The position numbers and the translations under genes are program-made. A stretch of DNA of 64,000 bases from an uncultured Candidatus Binatia bacterium (GTDB lineage: Bacteria; Desulfobacterota; Binatia; UBA9968; JAJDTQ01), in the NCBI GenBank assembly GCA_964291295.2, contig OZ219754.1:2496001-2560000 (forward strand), given 5' to 3'. How positions within the stretch are numbered: the stretch's first letter is position 1; the number at the start of each line of letters is the position of its first letter. The notes under the pieces are model-generated. The model made no database searches. It was not told where the DNA came from and saw only the letters and a list, made by a program, of their open reading frames with translations. This document shows, piece by piece, positions 19,811-30,060 of the stretch.

Positions 19811-20695
19811 CTACAACGCGGTGAGCACGATCCCGCCCAGGCAGATGGACGCCGCCCCGACCAGAACCTTCAGTGTCACCCGCTCGAAGGAACGGAGGAA
19901 GATGGTGCTCAGGATCACCGTGAAAAGCGGCGTGGTGGCGACGAGGGGGGACACCAGGACGACGTTGCCCATTTCCAGGGCGGTCATGCTGAGGGACACG
20001 GCGATGCTGTTGAGCACCCCCGACAGCCCGAACCAGATGAGCGTCTCCCGCCTGAAGAGCAGTTCACGGTACTTGCCGGTCGCCAGCAGATAGATCACCA
20101 GGGCCATGAAGGCGCCTCCCTGTACCATGCAGATGGCCAGCGGTACGGAATCGACCATGCTGTAGCCGAGCTTGCGCATGGGGCTCGAGAAGCCGCCCAG
20201 AAATGCCGCCAGCACCGGCAGCAGCAGGTAGACGGGCTGGTACGGGACGGCCTGTTCGGAATCGCGCATGCCCAGCAGGCTGGCGCCGGTGATGATGAGC
20301 ACCGTGCCGGCGGCGATGGCCGCGGTCATGGTTTCTCCCAGCCACACCACCGCCACCACCCCGGCAAAGAGCGGGGTGGTGTTGCGCAGCGGCGAGGCCC
20401 GGGAGATGCCGACCTTGTTGGCCGAGACGAACAACAGGATCTGGGAGCAGAAGGGGGACAGCACGCCCGCGCCGGCGAACAGCAGCAGCCCGGCCGGGGG
20501 CGTGGCGTGCCAGGATGCCAGCGGCCCCAGGAGCAGCAGCAGGACGACAGTGGAGACAAGGAGCGAGAAGGAGATGGCGCTGGTGGGAGTACCGTGGTTG
20601 AGGCCCAGCCGAGAGCAGATCTGGCCCGAGGAAAAACAGAGGGCCGCTCCCAAGGCCAGCAGTGGGATGTGAAGGTTGTCCAGAAGACTGTCCAC
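19811..20695 (-). CDS. EamA/DMT family transporter
   Basis: Two repeats of 5 TM (TTPLF..WLGE; TTPLF..FERVT); start uncertain. Confidence 0.88.
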   Translation of the reverse strand: MDSLLDNLHIPLLALGAALCFSSGQICSRLGLNHGTPTSAISFSLLVSTVVLLLLLGPLASWHATPPAGLLLFAGAGVLSPFCSQILLFVSANKVGISRASPLRNTTPLFAGVVAVVWLGETMTAAIAAGTVLIITGASLLGMRDSEQAVPYQPVYLLLPVLAAFLGGFSSPMRKLGYSMVDSVPLAICMVQGGAFMALVIYLLATGKYRELLFRRETLIWFGLSGVLNSIAVSLSMTALEMGNVVLVSPLVATTPLFTVILSTIFLRSFERVTLKVLVGAASICLGGIVLTAL

Positions 20696-21021
20696 GGGTG
20701 AGGTCGGACCGCTCCGGCGGGCAAGCGCGTTTCTTGGTACTCTGCCAGCGGCAGCCTTGTCAACGGACGCGCCGGAACAGCCGGGTTCGTGTCCGGCCAG
20801 GGGTGCCACCGGCAGGTCCGGTGCTCCAGGCGCGTGGTCGGTGTGGCGCTTCCGGCCTCCAGGAGGCGCCACCCGGTTCAAGCACGTCAATTCCCTGGCG
20901 GTGGCCAGCCGGCGGTGGCGACCGGAAGTCGTTGCCGGCCGGAACGGCGTAAAAGTTGAAAAACCCCGGCGCTTCGGATAGCGTCCCGAGGATACGATTC
21001 CCCCAAGCGAAGGAGCCGCGA

Positions 21022-21747
21022 ATGGCCTACACGAGTTGGCGCGGAACCGTCGGCGTGATCAAGCCCACCATGCGCCCCGGTTCCCTGGAGGAGTTCATCC
21101 GCATGATGCCCGAGGGTATCGGCATCATACCGCTCTTCATCGGTTTCCAGCGCGGCACCGCTGACGAGTTCCAGCAGGCCATGGCGGCCTACGAGGAGCG
21201 GGTGGCGCAGCTGGCCGGTTACGGCGTGGACCTGATCCACCCCGAGGGCGCACCGCCGTTCATGTTCCAGGGAGTCAAGGGCGAGCGGCGCATCCTGCGC
21301 GCCTGGGAACGCAAGTACAAGGTCCCGATGGTCACCGCCGGCATGACCCAGATCGAGGCGCTGAAGGCGCTCAAGGCCAGGAAGATCCTCGGGGTCACCT
21401 ATTTCACCGGCAAGATCAACGACACCTTCGCGCGCTACTTCGTGGATGCGGGCTTCGAGGTCCTGGCGATGGAAGGGATCCCGGTGGACTTCGAGGACGT
21501 GGGCCGGCTCGCCGGACAGGAAGTCTACGCGCATGCGCGTTCGCTGTTCCTCAAGCACCGGGGCGCGGACGCCATCTACATGCTGGGCTCCGGCTGGCGC
21601 ACGCTGGACATCATCGAGTTGCTGGAGCAGGACCTTCAGGTACCGGTGGTCCATCCGGTGCCGGCCCGGGTGTGGGCCATCCAGAAGCGTCTCCATGTGA
21701 ACGAGTCCATGGCGGGATACGGACGCCTGCTGGAGGACATGGCGTAG
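21022..21747 (+). CDS. Maleate isomerase/AMDase-fold protein without Cys
   Basis: WRGTVGVIKP, ADAIYMLGSGW, LEQDLQVPVV, GYGRLL. Confidence 0.82.
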   Translation: MAYTSWRGTVGVIKPTMRPGSLEEFIRMMPEGIGIIPLFIGFQRGTADEFQQAMAAYEERVAQLAGYGVDLIHPEGAPPFMFQGVKGERRILRAWERKYKVPMVTAGMTQIEALKALKARKILGVTYFTGKINDTFARYFVDAGFEVLAMEGIPVDFEDVGRLAGQEVYAHARSLFLKHRGADAIYMLGSGWRTLDIIELLEQDLQVPVVHPVPARVWAIQKRLHVNESMAGYGRLLEDMA

Positions 21748-21763
21748 GTCGCACGGTTCGGCC

Positions 21764-22897
21764 TCAGGCCGCGTTCATCAGCGGTGACACGTTCAGTTTG
21801 TAGAGTCGGGTCACGTTGGCGTTGAGCAGCTTCGTCCGGTCGCCCGCGTCCAACCCGCCCAGGTCCCGGGCGATGACCTCCCGGGAACGGGGCCAGGTCG
21901 AGTTTTGATGCGGGTAGTCGTTGGACCACATGCAGTTGTCCACACCCCACCAGGAGAACAGCCGGCCGCCGATGGGGTCGTTGAAGAAGGTGGCGTAGAC
22001 TTGGCGGTTGAAGTACTCGCTGGGCGGCTTGTGGATGGGCAGGGGCTGCGCGTGGCGGTGGCGCCGGAAGTTCTTGTCGCACTGGCCGAGCCAGAAGGGG
22101 ATCCAGCCGATCTCGTTTTCCACCGAGACGATCCTGAGCCCGGGGTAGCGCTCGAGTACGCCGGAGAAGATGATGTCGAAGAGCGCCGCTTCGATTTCCC
22201 GGGTCTGCTCGACGCCGATGCGGTAGCGCTTCATGCCGGTGGCGGTCTGGCGGTGCACACTGTCGCCGAATCCCGTGAGGATGTGCAGGTGCACCGGCAT
22301 GTCGAGATCCTGGGATGCTGCCCAGTAACGCTCGTAGTGCGCGGAGGTGAAGGGCAGGTCCTTGTGGGGCACCTGCCAGATCAGCGTCCCGACCATTCCC
22401 CGCTTCCTGCACCGTTCCATCTCCGCCACGGCGTGGTCGATGTCGAAGGCCGAGATCAGGGCGACGCCGAACAGCCGGTCCGGTGCTCCCTGGCAGTACT
22501 CGATGAGCCAGTCGTTGTAGGTGCGGAACAGGCCTTCCTGAAACGCCGCGTCCTCGGCGCAGAAGAATCCGAGTCCCAGGCTCGGGTACAGGACCTCACC
22601 GGACACGCCGTCCGTGGCCATGTCCTTGATGCGCTCCAGTGGGTCCCATCCTCCGGGACGCGCCACCGAAAAGCCGGCCCGGCGGTAGTCCTCCACGTGT
22701 TCCGGCCGTTGCCCGGCCATGAAGAGCCCGCCCACGGCCTGCGGCACCACATCCGGTGATCCAAACATCCAGGCGTCGCGCCCCTCGTCGAAATAGGCCT
22801 TGGGCGCCCGCTCCCTCAGGGATGACGGCAACCCTTTCTCCCACAGGTCGGGGACCTCGATGACATGCGAGTCTGCCGAGATGATCGCTTGCGCCAT
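21764..22897 (-). CDS. Amidohydrolase_2 family protein
   Basis: ISADSH, VLYPS, HLH, WSNDYPH. Confidence 0.9.
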   Translation of the reverse strand: MAQAIISADSHVIEVPDLWEKGLPSSLRERAPKAYFDEGRDAWMFGSPDVVPQAVGGLFMAGQRPEHVEDYRRAGFSVARPGGWDPLERIKDMATDGVSGEVLYPSLGLGFFCAEDAAFQEGLFRTYNDWLIEYCQGAPDRLFGVALISAFDIDHAVAEMERCRKRGMVGTLIWQVPHKDLPFTSAHYERYWAASQDLDMPVHLHILTGFGDSVHRQTATGMKRYRIGVEQTREIEAALFDIIFSGVLERYPGLRIVSVENEIGWIPFWLGQCDKNFRRHRHAQPLPIHKPPSEYFNRQVYATFFNDPIGGRLFSWWGVDNCMWSNDYPHQNSTWPRSREVIARDLGGLDAGDRTKLLNANVTRLYKLNVSPLMNAA

Positions 22898-23035
22898 GGC
22901 GGTTCCTCCTTGCCGGCCCTTGTCCCTCGGTCGGGTGCACCTGCAAAGGGGCGTCTGTCGGGCCGTCTGTCCGTCTGTCGGATCGTCTGTCAAAGGAGTG
23001 CGCCAGCCAGGACGGAAGCGTCCCGCTGGCGGACG

Positions 23036-24841
23036 TCACTCCGCCGCCGCCTCCCTCCCCGCAATATGGCCCTGCACCGTGCAGCGGCCCATGCCGTGCT
23101 GGTTGAAGCCGCCGGCGGACTCGCCGCCGCAGTAGAGGCCGGGGATGATGCGGCCGTTCATGTCCAGCACCTGGCACTTCTCGTTGATGCGCAGCCCGGC
23201 CCGGCTGTCGTGCACCAGCGGGGTGCCCCAGGCGGCGTGGAACGGCGGCGTCCGGATCCGGTAGCGGGGGGACGGCTTGCCGAAGTCCTCGTCCGTGCCG
23301 GAGTCCACGAAGCTGTTGTAGCGGTGCACCGTGGCCTCCAGGACGCCGCCGCTCATGGGCACGGCCTGCCAGGGATTCTCGATGGCCGCGGCGAGGCCGG
23401 CCAGGGTGTCGGCGGTGAAGAAATAGTCGTCCGGGTCGACGTGGGGCGGCGTGACCTTCCAGCCCTCCCGTGCCACCGCGTCGGAGTCGAAGATGGCCCA
23501 TATCGGCCCGCCCGAGTAGTCGGGAGCCCGGGAGCCGGCGTTCATGGCCACCGCGGCATTGAAGAAATTGGAGTGGTGGGGGTCATAGTCGATGTGGGTG
23601 TTGCGGTGGTCTCCGGGCGTGTAGGGGTCGATGTCATTGCATTTGTTGCCTTCAGGGTAGTCTCCCTGGGTCTCGTCGTAGAACCGCTCGCCCATCTGGT
23701 TCACCAGGATCAGGTCGTGCCAGTCCTTGACGGCCAGGCCCGTCGCGCGTACCAGCGGGAAGATGGGACACTCCGGTTCCCAGGGGAAATAGTTGTAACG
23801 AGTGCCCAGGGTGCGCTGCACCCGGATGTTGTCGCCGTTCTCCAGGGTCTGGTTGGCCAGACCCCAGAGCGACGCGCCGACGGCCATGGCGGCGAGTTCG
23901 CCGCTGGCGTCCTGGAACGTGTAGGGCTCGCCAGCCACCTGGTAGACCTCGGTGAGGCGCGGATCGAACATGCGCCGGAAGTGGACGTTGCTGGTGCTGC
24001 CGCCGGTGGCGATGAGGACCGCCTTGTGGGCGCGGATGGTCAGGGTGGCCGCGGTGCGCTCGATGTTGCCGTCGGAACGGTAGCTTCGGAGCGGGGTCGT
24101 GGTTCCGGGCAGCACCGTGGGAGTGTATGCGGCCGTGATCCCGCGGACCCGCCCGGACGGTTGTCCCGGGGTGCCCTCGCGAATGAGGCGGGTCATCCTG
24201 TAGTTCAACAGGAACTTCACGCCCTTGCCCCGGGCGCTGGCCTCCAGCGGCCGCACCAGCCCGGTGCCGGGCCTGCCGTTGGGGCTGGCCAGCCCTGCGC
24301 CCTGTTCCCAGTAAGTATGGTTCTCCCGGTGCGCCGAGTTGCCGGTCGAGTGAGCACCGCGGCTGTCCGGCGGTGTCTCCCTGAATTTCACGCCGTTGGC
24401 CACCAGGAATTCATAGGTTTCCGCACAATGGTCGGCAAACGCGCGGATCACCGCGCGGTCGCTGTAGCGGTAGTCCGGAAAGCCGTTGACCTGCACCACC
24501 GACCAGTCCGTGAGGTCGGCGAAGACGGTGTCGGGCGAGTCGGCGATGCCGTACTTGCGCTGGGCACTGGTGCCGCCACCCAGCGGTACGTTGCCGCCGC
24601 TCAGGATCGCATGCCCGCCGACGTCATAGTTCGTTTCCACGACCAGCACCGACGCACCCGCATCCGCCGCCGCGATGGCGGCGGGCAACCCCGTGGCGCC
24701 CGATCCGACAATGACCACGTCCGCCGCAAGGTCCGGGCGCTCCGGCAGTCCCGTTGATTCATGCGCCACGGCTTGCATCCCCCGCGGTTGATCGACGGCG
24801 TCGCTCCCGGAGTCTCTTCCGGCATGAGACGGCCGATTCAT
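23036..24841 (-). CDS. FAD-binding oxidoreductase (flavocytochrome c/3-ketosteroid dehydrogenase-like)
   Basis: DVVIVGSGATG, LIATGG, IPGLYCGGE. Confidence 0.85.
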   Translation of the reverse strand: MNRPSHAGRDSGSDAVDQPRGMQAVAHESTGLPERPDLAADVVIVGSGATGLPAAIAAADAGASVLVVETNYDVGGHAILSGGNVPLGGGTSAQRKYGIADSPDTVFADLTDWSVVQVNGFPDYRYSDRAVIRAFADHCAETYEFLVANGVKFRETPPDSRGAHSTGNSAHRENHTYWEQGAGLASPNGRPGTGLVRPLEASARGKGVKFLLNYRMTRLIREGTPGQPSGRVRGITAAYTPTVLPGTTTPLRSYRSDGNIERTAATLTIRAHKAVLIATGGSTSNVHFRRMFDPRLTEVYQVAGEPYTFQDASGELAAMAVGASLWGLANQTLENGDNIRVQRTLGTRYNYFPWEPECPIFPLVRATGLAVKDWHDLILVNQMGERFYDETQGDYPEGNKCNDIDPYTPGDHRNTHIDYDPHHSNFFNAAVAMNAGSRAPDYSGGPIWAIFDSDAVAREGWKVTPPHVDPDDYFFTADTLAGLAAAIENPWQAVPMSGGVLEATVHRYNSFVDSGTDEDFGKPSPRYRIRTPPFHAAWGTPLVHDSRAGLRINEKCQVLDMNGRIIPGLYCGGESAGGFNQHGMGRCTVQGHIAGREAAAE

Positions 24842-24856
24842 GGGCCATGGCCGGAT

Positions 24857-25591
24857 TCAGGGTTCGGGCGCCCACTGAAGTTCGCGTTCCATGAAATCCA
24901 CCACCTGGGGCCAGGCGAGTTCGGCGGCATGAGCGTGATAGCCTTCCGCGCCCGGATCCACGAATCCGTGGCCGCCGAACGGGTAAAAGTGCCATTCCAG
25001 CGGTTGGCCGTTCTGCCGGAACGCGTGCATCATCTTGTCCTGGACGGGAATCGGCGTGACGGAATCGTCCGCACCGTAGAGGATGATGGAAGGACAGCGG
25101 ATGCGCGCCGCCTTGTCCCAGGGCGAGATGGGCCTCATGTCGGTTGGAGGTTGGTCCCGCACGGTGGGGTAGTAGCCGACGAAGGCGCGTACCTCGAGCG
25201 TGGCCTCGACGAAGTTGATGGCGATGCGTCCGCCCATGCAGTAGCCGCACACGGCCACTCGCTCCCGGTTCACGTGGGGCTGGGAGAGCAGGAAGTGCCA
25301 GCTTTCGGTGAGCACCCGGGTGAAGGCGTCGTCGGACGTTCGGGCCTGAATCCGGGAGCCGGTCTCGATGTGGGTCGCGGCGGGATAGCCGAGTTGCTCG
25401 AAGACGTTGGCGGCGAAGGTGCTGTAGCCCAGCGCGGCGAACTTCCGCGCCTCGATCTTCATGTAGTCCGTCATTCCACCCTTCGGGTGGATGAGCAGCA
25501 GGGCCGGCCCGGGATCCTTCCGTTCGGGATGGACCAGCAAACCGGCGATGCCGTGGTCCTGCTTGTTGAGTCTGTTCTCGATGAGTTGCAT
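24857..25591 (-). CDS. Dienelactone hydrolase family protein
   Basis: GYCMGG nucleophile, GADD, GHGF. Confidence 0.9.
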   Translation of the reverse strand: MQLIENRLNKQDHGIAGLLVHPERKDPGPALLLIHPKGGMTDYMKIEARKFAALGYSTFAANVFEQLGYPAATHIETGSRIQARTSDDAFTRVLTESWHFLLSQPHVNRERVAVCGYCMGGRIAINFVEATLEVRAFVGYYPTVRDQPPTDMRPISPWDKAARIRCPSIILYGADDSVTPIPVQDKMMHAFRQNGQPLEWHFYPFGGHGFVDPGAEGYHAHAAELAWPQVVDFMERELQWAPEP

Positions 25592-25982
25592 GGCTCCTCC
25601 GGGTCGGTGATGATGGGCCGGAGCGTAACACGACGGAACCACCCCGGAAAGAGCCTGCGCCGCCACCGTCACGGCGTGCCGGCGCCGGCTTGACTTGAAG
25701 AAACCGGCAATGGGTACGCGAGTCATGGATGCGGACGGCCATGTCAACGAGTGTCCGGCCACCGTCGAGCATGAGTACGATGATGACGCGCCGGACCCGG
25801 CATTCCGGTCCTGGCGCCCCCCTCAGGGTCGGGCGGGCGGCCTTTTCTGCAGGATGAATTTTGCCGCCGGATGACCGACGATCCGGTGGTGCCGCGGGGC
25901 CGTCGGGCCTCGGCTGCAAAAACTTCGGCACGCCGGCCAGGGTCGCAGGCCGTGCGCACCGATCCGGATTCGGAGGAGAACG

Positions 25983-26387
25983 ATGGCAGAGGAGACGCTG
26001 CGGGGAAGTTGTCTTTGCGAGGCCGTGCGCTACGAGATTCGTGGTCCGTTCATCCGGTTCGCTCACTGCTACTGCATGCGATGCCGGAAGGCCACGGGCG
26101 GCGTGAAGCCCAGCAACATCTCGGTGCCGCCGGAACAGTTTCGCTGGCTCTCCGGCGAGGAGGTCGTCTCCCGGTGGGACATGCCCGAGGCCCGCGCCTT
26201 TGCCATCGCCATCTGCTTCAGGTGCAACTGTCCGGTGCCGCGTCCCACCCGGGATCGCTCGCGCATGACGGTTCCCGCGGGCAGCCTTGATGACGATCCC
26301 GGCGAGCCGCCGACCGTGCACCGATACTGGGACAGCCGCGCCGGCTGGGCCTCGGTCGACGAGTCCCACCTGCCGTACGAGGACTGA
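25983..26387 (+). CDS. GFA/CENP-V family protein
   Basis: GSCLCEAVRY, HCYCMRCRK, CFRC, AGSLD. Confidence 0.9.
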   Translation: MAEETLRGSCLCEAVRYEIRGPFIRFAHCYCMRCRKATGGVKPSNISVPPEQFRWLSGEEVVSRWDMPEARAFAIAICFRCNCPVPRPTRDRSRMTVPAGSLDDDPGEPPTVHRYWDSRAGWASVDESHLPYED

Positions 26388-26692
26388 CCGGACGGGGCGC
26401 GGCCGGGACCGGCGCTTCCTGGAAGGGTCGGTCCCGCCCACCATCAGTCCTTCCGCCGTCGCTCGGGTGCCGGGTCTCCCCGCCTGCCGAGTCCGGCCTG
26501 GAAGGTGCGCAACGTCATCGAGGACATCGCGAACAGTCCGGAGGCTGCGGTGGTTTGTTCCTGCGGTCGATCCTCTCCCCGCCCGAATCCGGCCACGTGG
26601 AACCCGGCTGCGGCCGGGCTTCCGCCAGCCCATGGCCGTCTCCTGCCCGGGATGCCGGCCCCGGGTCCCCCCGGCCGGCGCCGCGGTGCGCC

Positions 26693-28015
26693 TCAGGACA
26701 CGAACCGCGGCATGGTTACGGGGACGTAGTCGTCCGGTGCCCGGGTGACCACCAGTTCCGGCTCGATGCCGTAGAGGCGGCGGGCGTTGCCGCCCAGCAT
26801 CTTCTCCTGGACGGGTTTCGGGACGTTGTGCCGGTTCATGGCGTCCATGGCATCCCATACGTCTGCGGCGTCGAGATGGGGCATGTCGGACGACCACAGG
26901 CCGATGTCCTCGTACAGATCCCAGAGCCGGAAGGTGATCGTTTCGTCGCCCTCGAAGGCGATGAAGCAGCTCTTGTAGAAGACCTCCCTGGGGTCGCCGA
27001 TGTTTTCGTTGGTGTGCCGGTAGAGGTCGAGGTAACCCTCGGCCTTCTCCAGCACCAGCGGCAGCCAGCTCGAGTTGGACTCCAGAATCGCTACCCTGAG
27101 GCGCGGAAACTTCTCCAGCCAACCCGTCATCAGCACGACGCCGGTCCATGTCATGGCCTCGGCGATGAAGCCGTAGGCGGCGTCGCCGGCCTGCTTCGAT
27201 CCCATGGCCTGCATGATGTTGGCGACGAACTGACCGGGCGAGTAGACGAGGATGTCCTCGTCGCCGAAGAGCCGCTTTCGGCCGGCGCCCATGCGCTCCG
27301 CCAACCCGGGGGACAAGGCTTCGCCCCGGGACGGGAAGGTGTGCATGCCGAGCACCATGCCGAGTTCCTCGAACTCCTTCCACAGCGGATCGAACTCGGG
27401 GAAGGTGGGATAGCGGTTGAGGGCGATGATGGGGCGCACCAGCGCCGATCGAAAGCCTCGCCGGGCCACCCGCCGCAATTCGTCAATGGCCCGGTCCACG
27501 TCCTGCAGGGGCAGTACCGCGGCGGGGTAAAGGCGTTTTCGGTCGGCGCCGCAGTAGTCGTAGACCCAGTCGTTGTAGGCGCGGGCGCACAGGTGGGCGG
27601 CCTCGGCGTTCTCCACCAGCGGCAGGTAGACGAACGTGGAAGGGAAGATCATCACCTGGTCGATGCCGGACGCGTCCATGTCCTTGAGCCGTACGTGCGG
27701 GTCGCGGGCGCTGGCGTTGCGGCCGATCCTGTCGTCCCACTCCCTGGTGCCTGGCGGGGTGTTGCCGATCTCCTCCTTGGTCAGCCCCGGGTGCCACGTC
27801 TCCGCCGGGTACTTGAAGTCGTTGGGGTTCCGGAAGCTGATGCGCGAGTTCCGCACCAGCATGAGCCGGTCCGCGTCCCGGTAGAAATGCGTCTTGGCGA
27901 AAGTTCGATGGCGCTCGGGAATGTACGAGTCCCAGACCTCCGTGGGCTCGTAGATGTGGCTGTCACAGTCGAAAACGGGAAAGTCCTTGGTGCGTCCCCT
28001 GGCACTGTAAGCCAT
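26693..28015 (-). CDS. Amidohydrolase_2 family protein
   Basis: FDCDSH, AYNDW, WSSDMPH, GGNARRLY. Confidence 0.9.
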   Translation of the reverse strand: MAYSARGRTKDFPVFDCDSHIYEPTEVWDSYIPERHRTFAKTHFYRDADRLMLVRNSRISFRNPNDFKYPAETWHPGLTKEEIGNTPPGTREWDDRIGRNASARDPHVRLKDMDASGIDQVMIFPSTFVYLPLVENAEAAHLCARAYNDWVYDYCGADRKRLYPAAVLPLQDVDRAIDELRRVARRGFRSALVRPIIALNRYPTFPEFDPLWKEFEELGMVLGMHTFPSRGEALSPGLAERMGAGRKRLFGDEDILVYSPGQFVANIMQAMGSKQAGDAAYGFIAEAMTWTGVVLMTGWLEKFPRLRVAILESNSSWLPLVLEKAEGYLDLYRHTNENIGDPREVFYKSCFIAFEGDETITFRLWDLYEDIGLWSSDMPHLDAADVWDAMDAMNRHNVPKPVQEKMLGGNARRLYGIEPELVVTRAPDDYVPVTMPRFVS

Positions 28016-28112
28016 GATGACCTCCTGTGTACGGGCGGACGACCCGAACCCGGAAAATGGACGAATCCGTCCGGGATTGTCAAACGGGGAGCAGGTGGGT
28101 GCGGGCGGACGG

Positions 28113-28961
28113 CTACTTCCGGTCGGGCCAGACGGCCCGGGAACCCGGGTCCTGCCAGGCTGCCGGGCGGCAGCTGTCCCTGGCGGCTTCATCGGGCTCC
28201 AGGGCGGTATCCCAGTCGTTGCCCACGAAGCGGCAGCCGGTAATGTTCCGGGAAGCGTCCGATACCAGCCAGCGGATGGGCGCCGCCATCACCTGGGGCT
28301 GCACCAGCGTGCTGCGGTCGAACGGTGCGCTGTCCGGGATGAAGCTCGTATTGGTGGGGCCGCCGGGCACCAGCACGTTGACGGTCACGCCGGTGTCCTC
28401 GAGGTCTCGCGCCCAGCTCGCCGAGGCGGCCTCCAGGGCGGCCTTGGACATGCCGTACGGGGTGTAGGCGGTGCGGAACATGGTGTCGAGGCTGGTGGTG
28501 ACGTTGACGATGCGACCCGACCGCTGCCTTACCAGGTGGGGCGTCACCGCGCGGGCCATCAGGAAGGCGCCCTTCCAGTTGACGTCCATGACGGCCTGCC
28601 ATCGGTCGGGCTCCACTTCCCAGAAACGCACGGGATCGCTCATGTAGTTGACGCGCACGGTCTGCATGCCGATACCGGCGGCGTTGACCAGCGCGTCCAC
28701 GCGTCCGAACCGCCCCAGCACCGCTTCCACGACCCGCTCGCACTCGTCCGCCCTGGTGATGTCGGCCGTGAGGGTAAGGAGGGCGCCCTCCTCCGCCACG
28801 CCCGCGGCGCTGCGGACCATGGCTTGGCATCGCTCCTCCCTGTTGTCCACCACCGCCACCCGGGCGCCCTCCTCCAGCAGCGCCACGGTCATGATGGTGC
28901 CCATGCCGCCGGCGCCCCCGGTGATGATCACGATCTTGTCGTTCAATGCCTTTTCAGACAT
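28113..28961 (-). CDS. SDR family oxidoreductase
   Basis: TGGAGGMG, VNAAG, YGMSK. Confidence 0.92.
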   Translation of the reverse strand: MSEKALNDKIVIITGGAGGMGTIMTVALLEEGARVAVVDNREERCQAMVRSAAGVAEEGALLTLTADITRADECERVVEAVLGRFGRVDALVNAAGIGMQTVRVNYMSDPVRFWEVEPDRWQAVMDVNWKGAFLMARAVTPHLVRQRSGRIVNVTTSLDTMFRTAYTPYGMSKAALEAASASWARDLEDTGVTVNVLVPGGPTNTSFIPDSAPFDRSTLVQPQVMAAPIRWLVSDASRNITGCRFVGNDWDTALEPDEAARDSCRPAAWQDPGSRAVWPDRK

Positions 28962-29052
28962 CTGCACGTCCTTTCTTGAGGAGCCTTCCATCGCGGTCCA
29001 CACGCCGGCAACAGGGGTTCTTCAGGGGGTTCCGCACCCGGAGCAGTCTGAA

Positions 29053-29862
29053 TCACGCCTCCTGCCGGTTGGCCTTGTACTGCTGGTGGTTGCGGTCGAG
29101 GGCGGCGAGGCAGTCCGGGTCGAAGTCCCGCGTCGCCACGGGCTCGGGCTCCCAGTGGCCGTGGGTGTCCGTGCCGCGCAGCAGCGCCGCGCTGGCGTGG
29201 TCGAACAGCGTCTGGTGCACGTGCGGTGCAATGAAATGGATCGAGTAGCCCAGCCGCCGGCCGTCGGATCCATTGGGGTTGGAGCCGTGGAGGACGGTTT
29301 CGCTGTGGAACGAGATCTCGCCGGCCTCGAGCTCCACGTCCACCGCCTGCGATTCGTCCACCCCTTCGACGGTCTGACCCCGGGACAGGAGGTTGTCCTC
29401 GGCGAAGGTCTCCACATGGCGGCGGGCTCCCTCCGTGTGGGAGCCCGGAATCACCCGCATGCAGCCGCTCTCGACCTTGCTGTCGGTGAAGGCGAACCAC
29501 GCGGTCAGGGTCTCACGCGGCTGCAGGCCGTAGTAGGTGGTGTCCTGGTGCCAGGACACGAACCGCGGGTCACGGGCATTCTTGGTGAAGAAGCTGGAGC
29601 CCCAGCACAGGATGTTCGGGCCGATGATGTCCTCCACCGCATCAAGCATCACCGGGTTGCGGATCAGCGCGTTGAGCCAGGGGAAGGGGAGGTGGGCCTT
29701 GATGCGGTAGCGGTCCTGGATTTCTCCGCCGATGGCCTTTTCCAGGTCTTCTAGTTTCTGTCGCAGCGGTCCCGCGGCCTCGCGGTCCATGATGCGCACC
29801 GGGAAGAGATATCCATCCCGATGATAGGCGGCCACCTGGGCTTGTGTCAGTACCTTGGGCAT
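29053..29862 (-). CDS. Phytanoyl-CoA dioxygenase (PhyH) family Fe(II)/2OG enzyme
   Basis: WHQD, PGSH, LHGS.PN.S..RR. Confidence 0.9.
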   Translation of the reverse strand: MPKVLTQAQVAAYHRDGYLFPVRIMDREAAGPLRQKLEDLEKAIGGEIQDRYRIKAHLPFPWLNALIRNPVMLDAVEDIIGPNILCWGSSFFTKNARDPRFVSWHQDTTYYGLQPRETLTAWFAFTDSKVESGCMRVIPGSHTEGARRHVETFAEDNLLSRGQTVEGVDESQAVDVELEAGEISFHSETVLHGSNPNGSDGRRLGYSIHFIAPHVHQTLFDHASAALLRGTDTHGHWEPEPVATRDFDPDCLAALDRNHQQYKANRQEA

Positions 29863-30060
29863 TCCGGTCTCCGTTGAAGGGGCCTTCCGTGGCATGGGCC
29901 TTTGTTGGCGCCGACGGGAACCCGCGCCGGGACAGAGGACAATCTGGCCCCGGCAGCCCGGTCTGTCAAGCACCGGCCGGGTCGGGCCATCGGCCCGGAT
30001 TCCTGCTTCGGCGGGAAGGACGGGTTCGGGGCGCTGCCTCCGCCACGACCTGGCGGCCCG

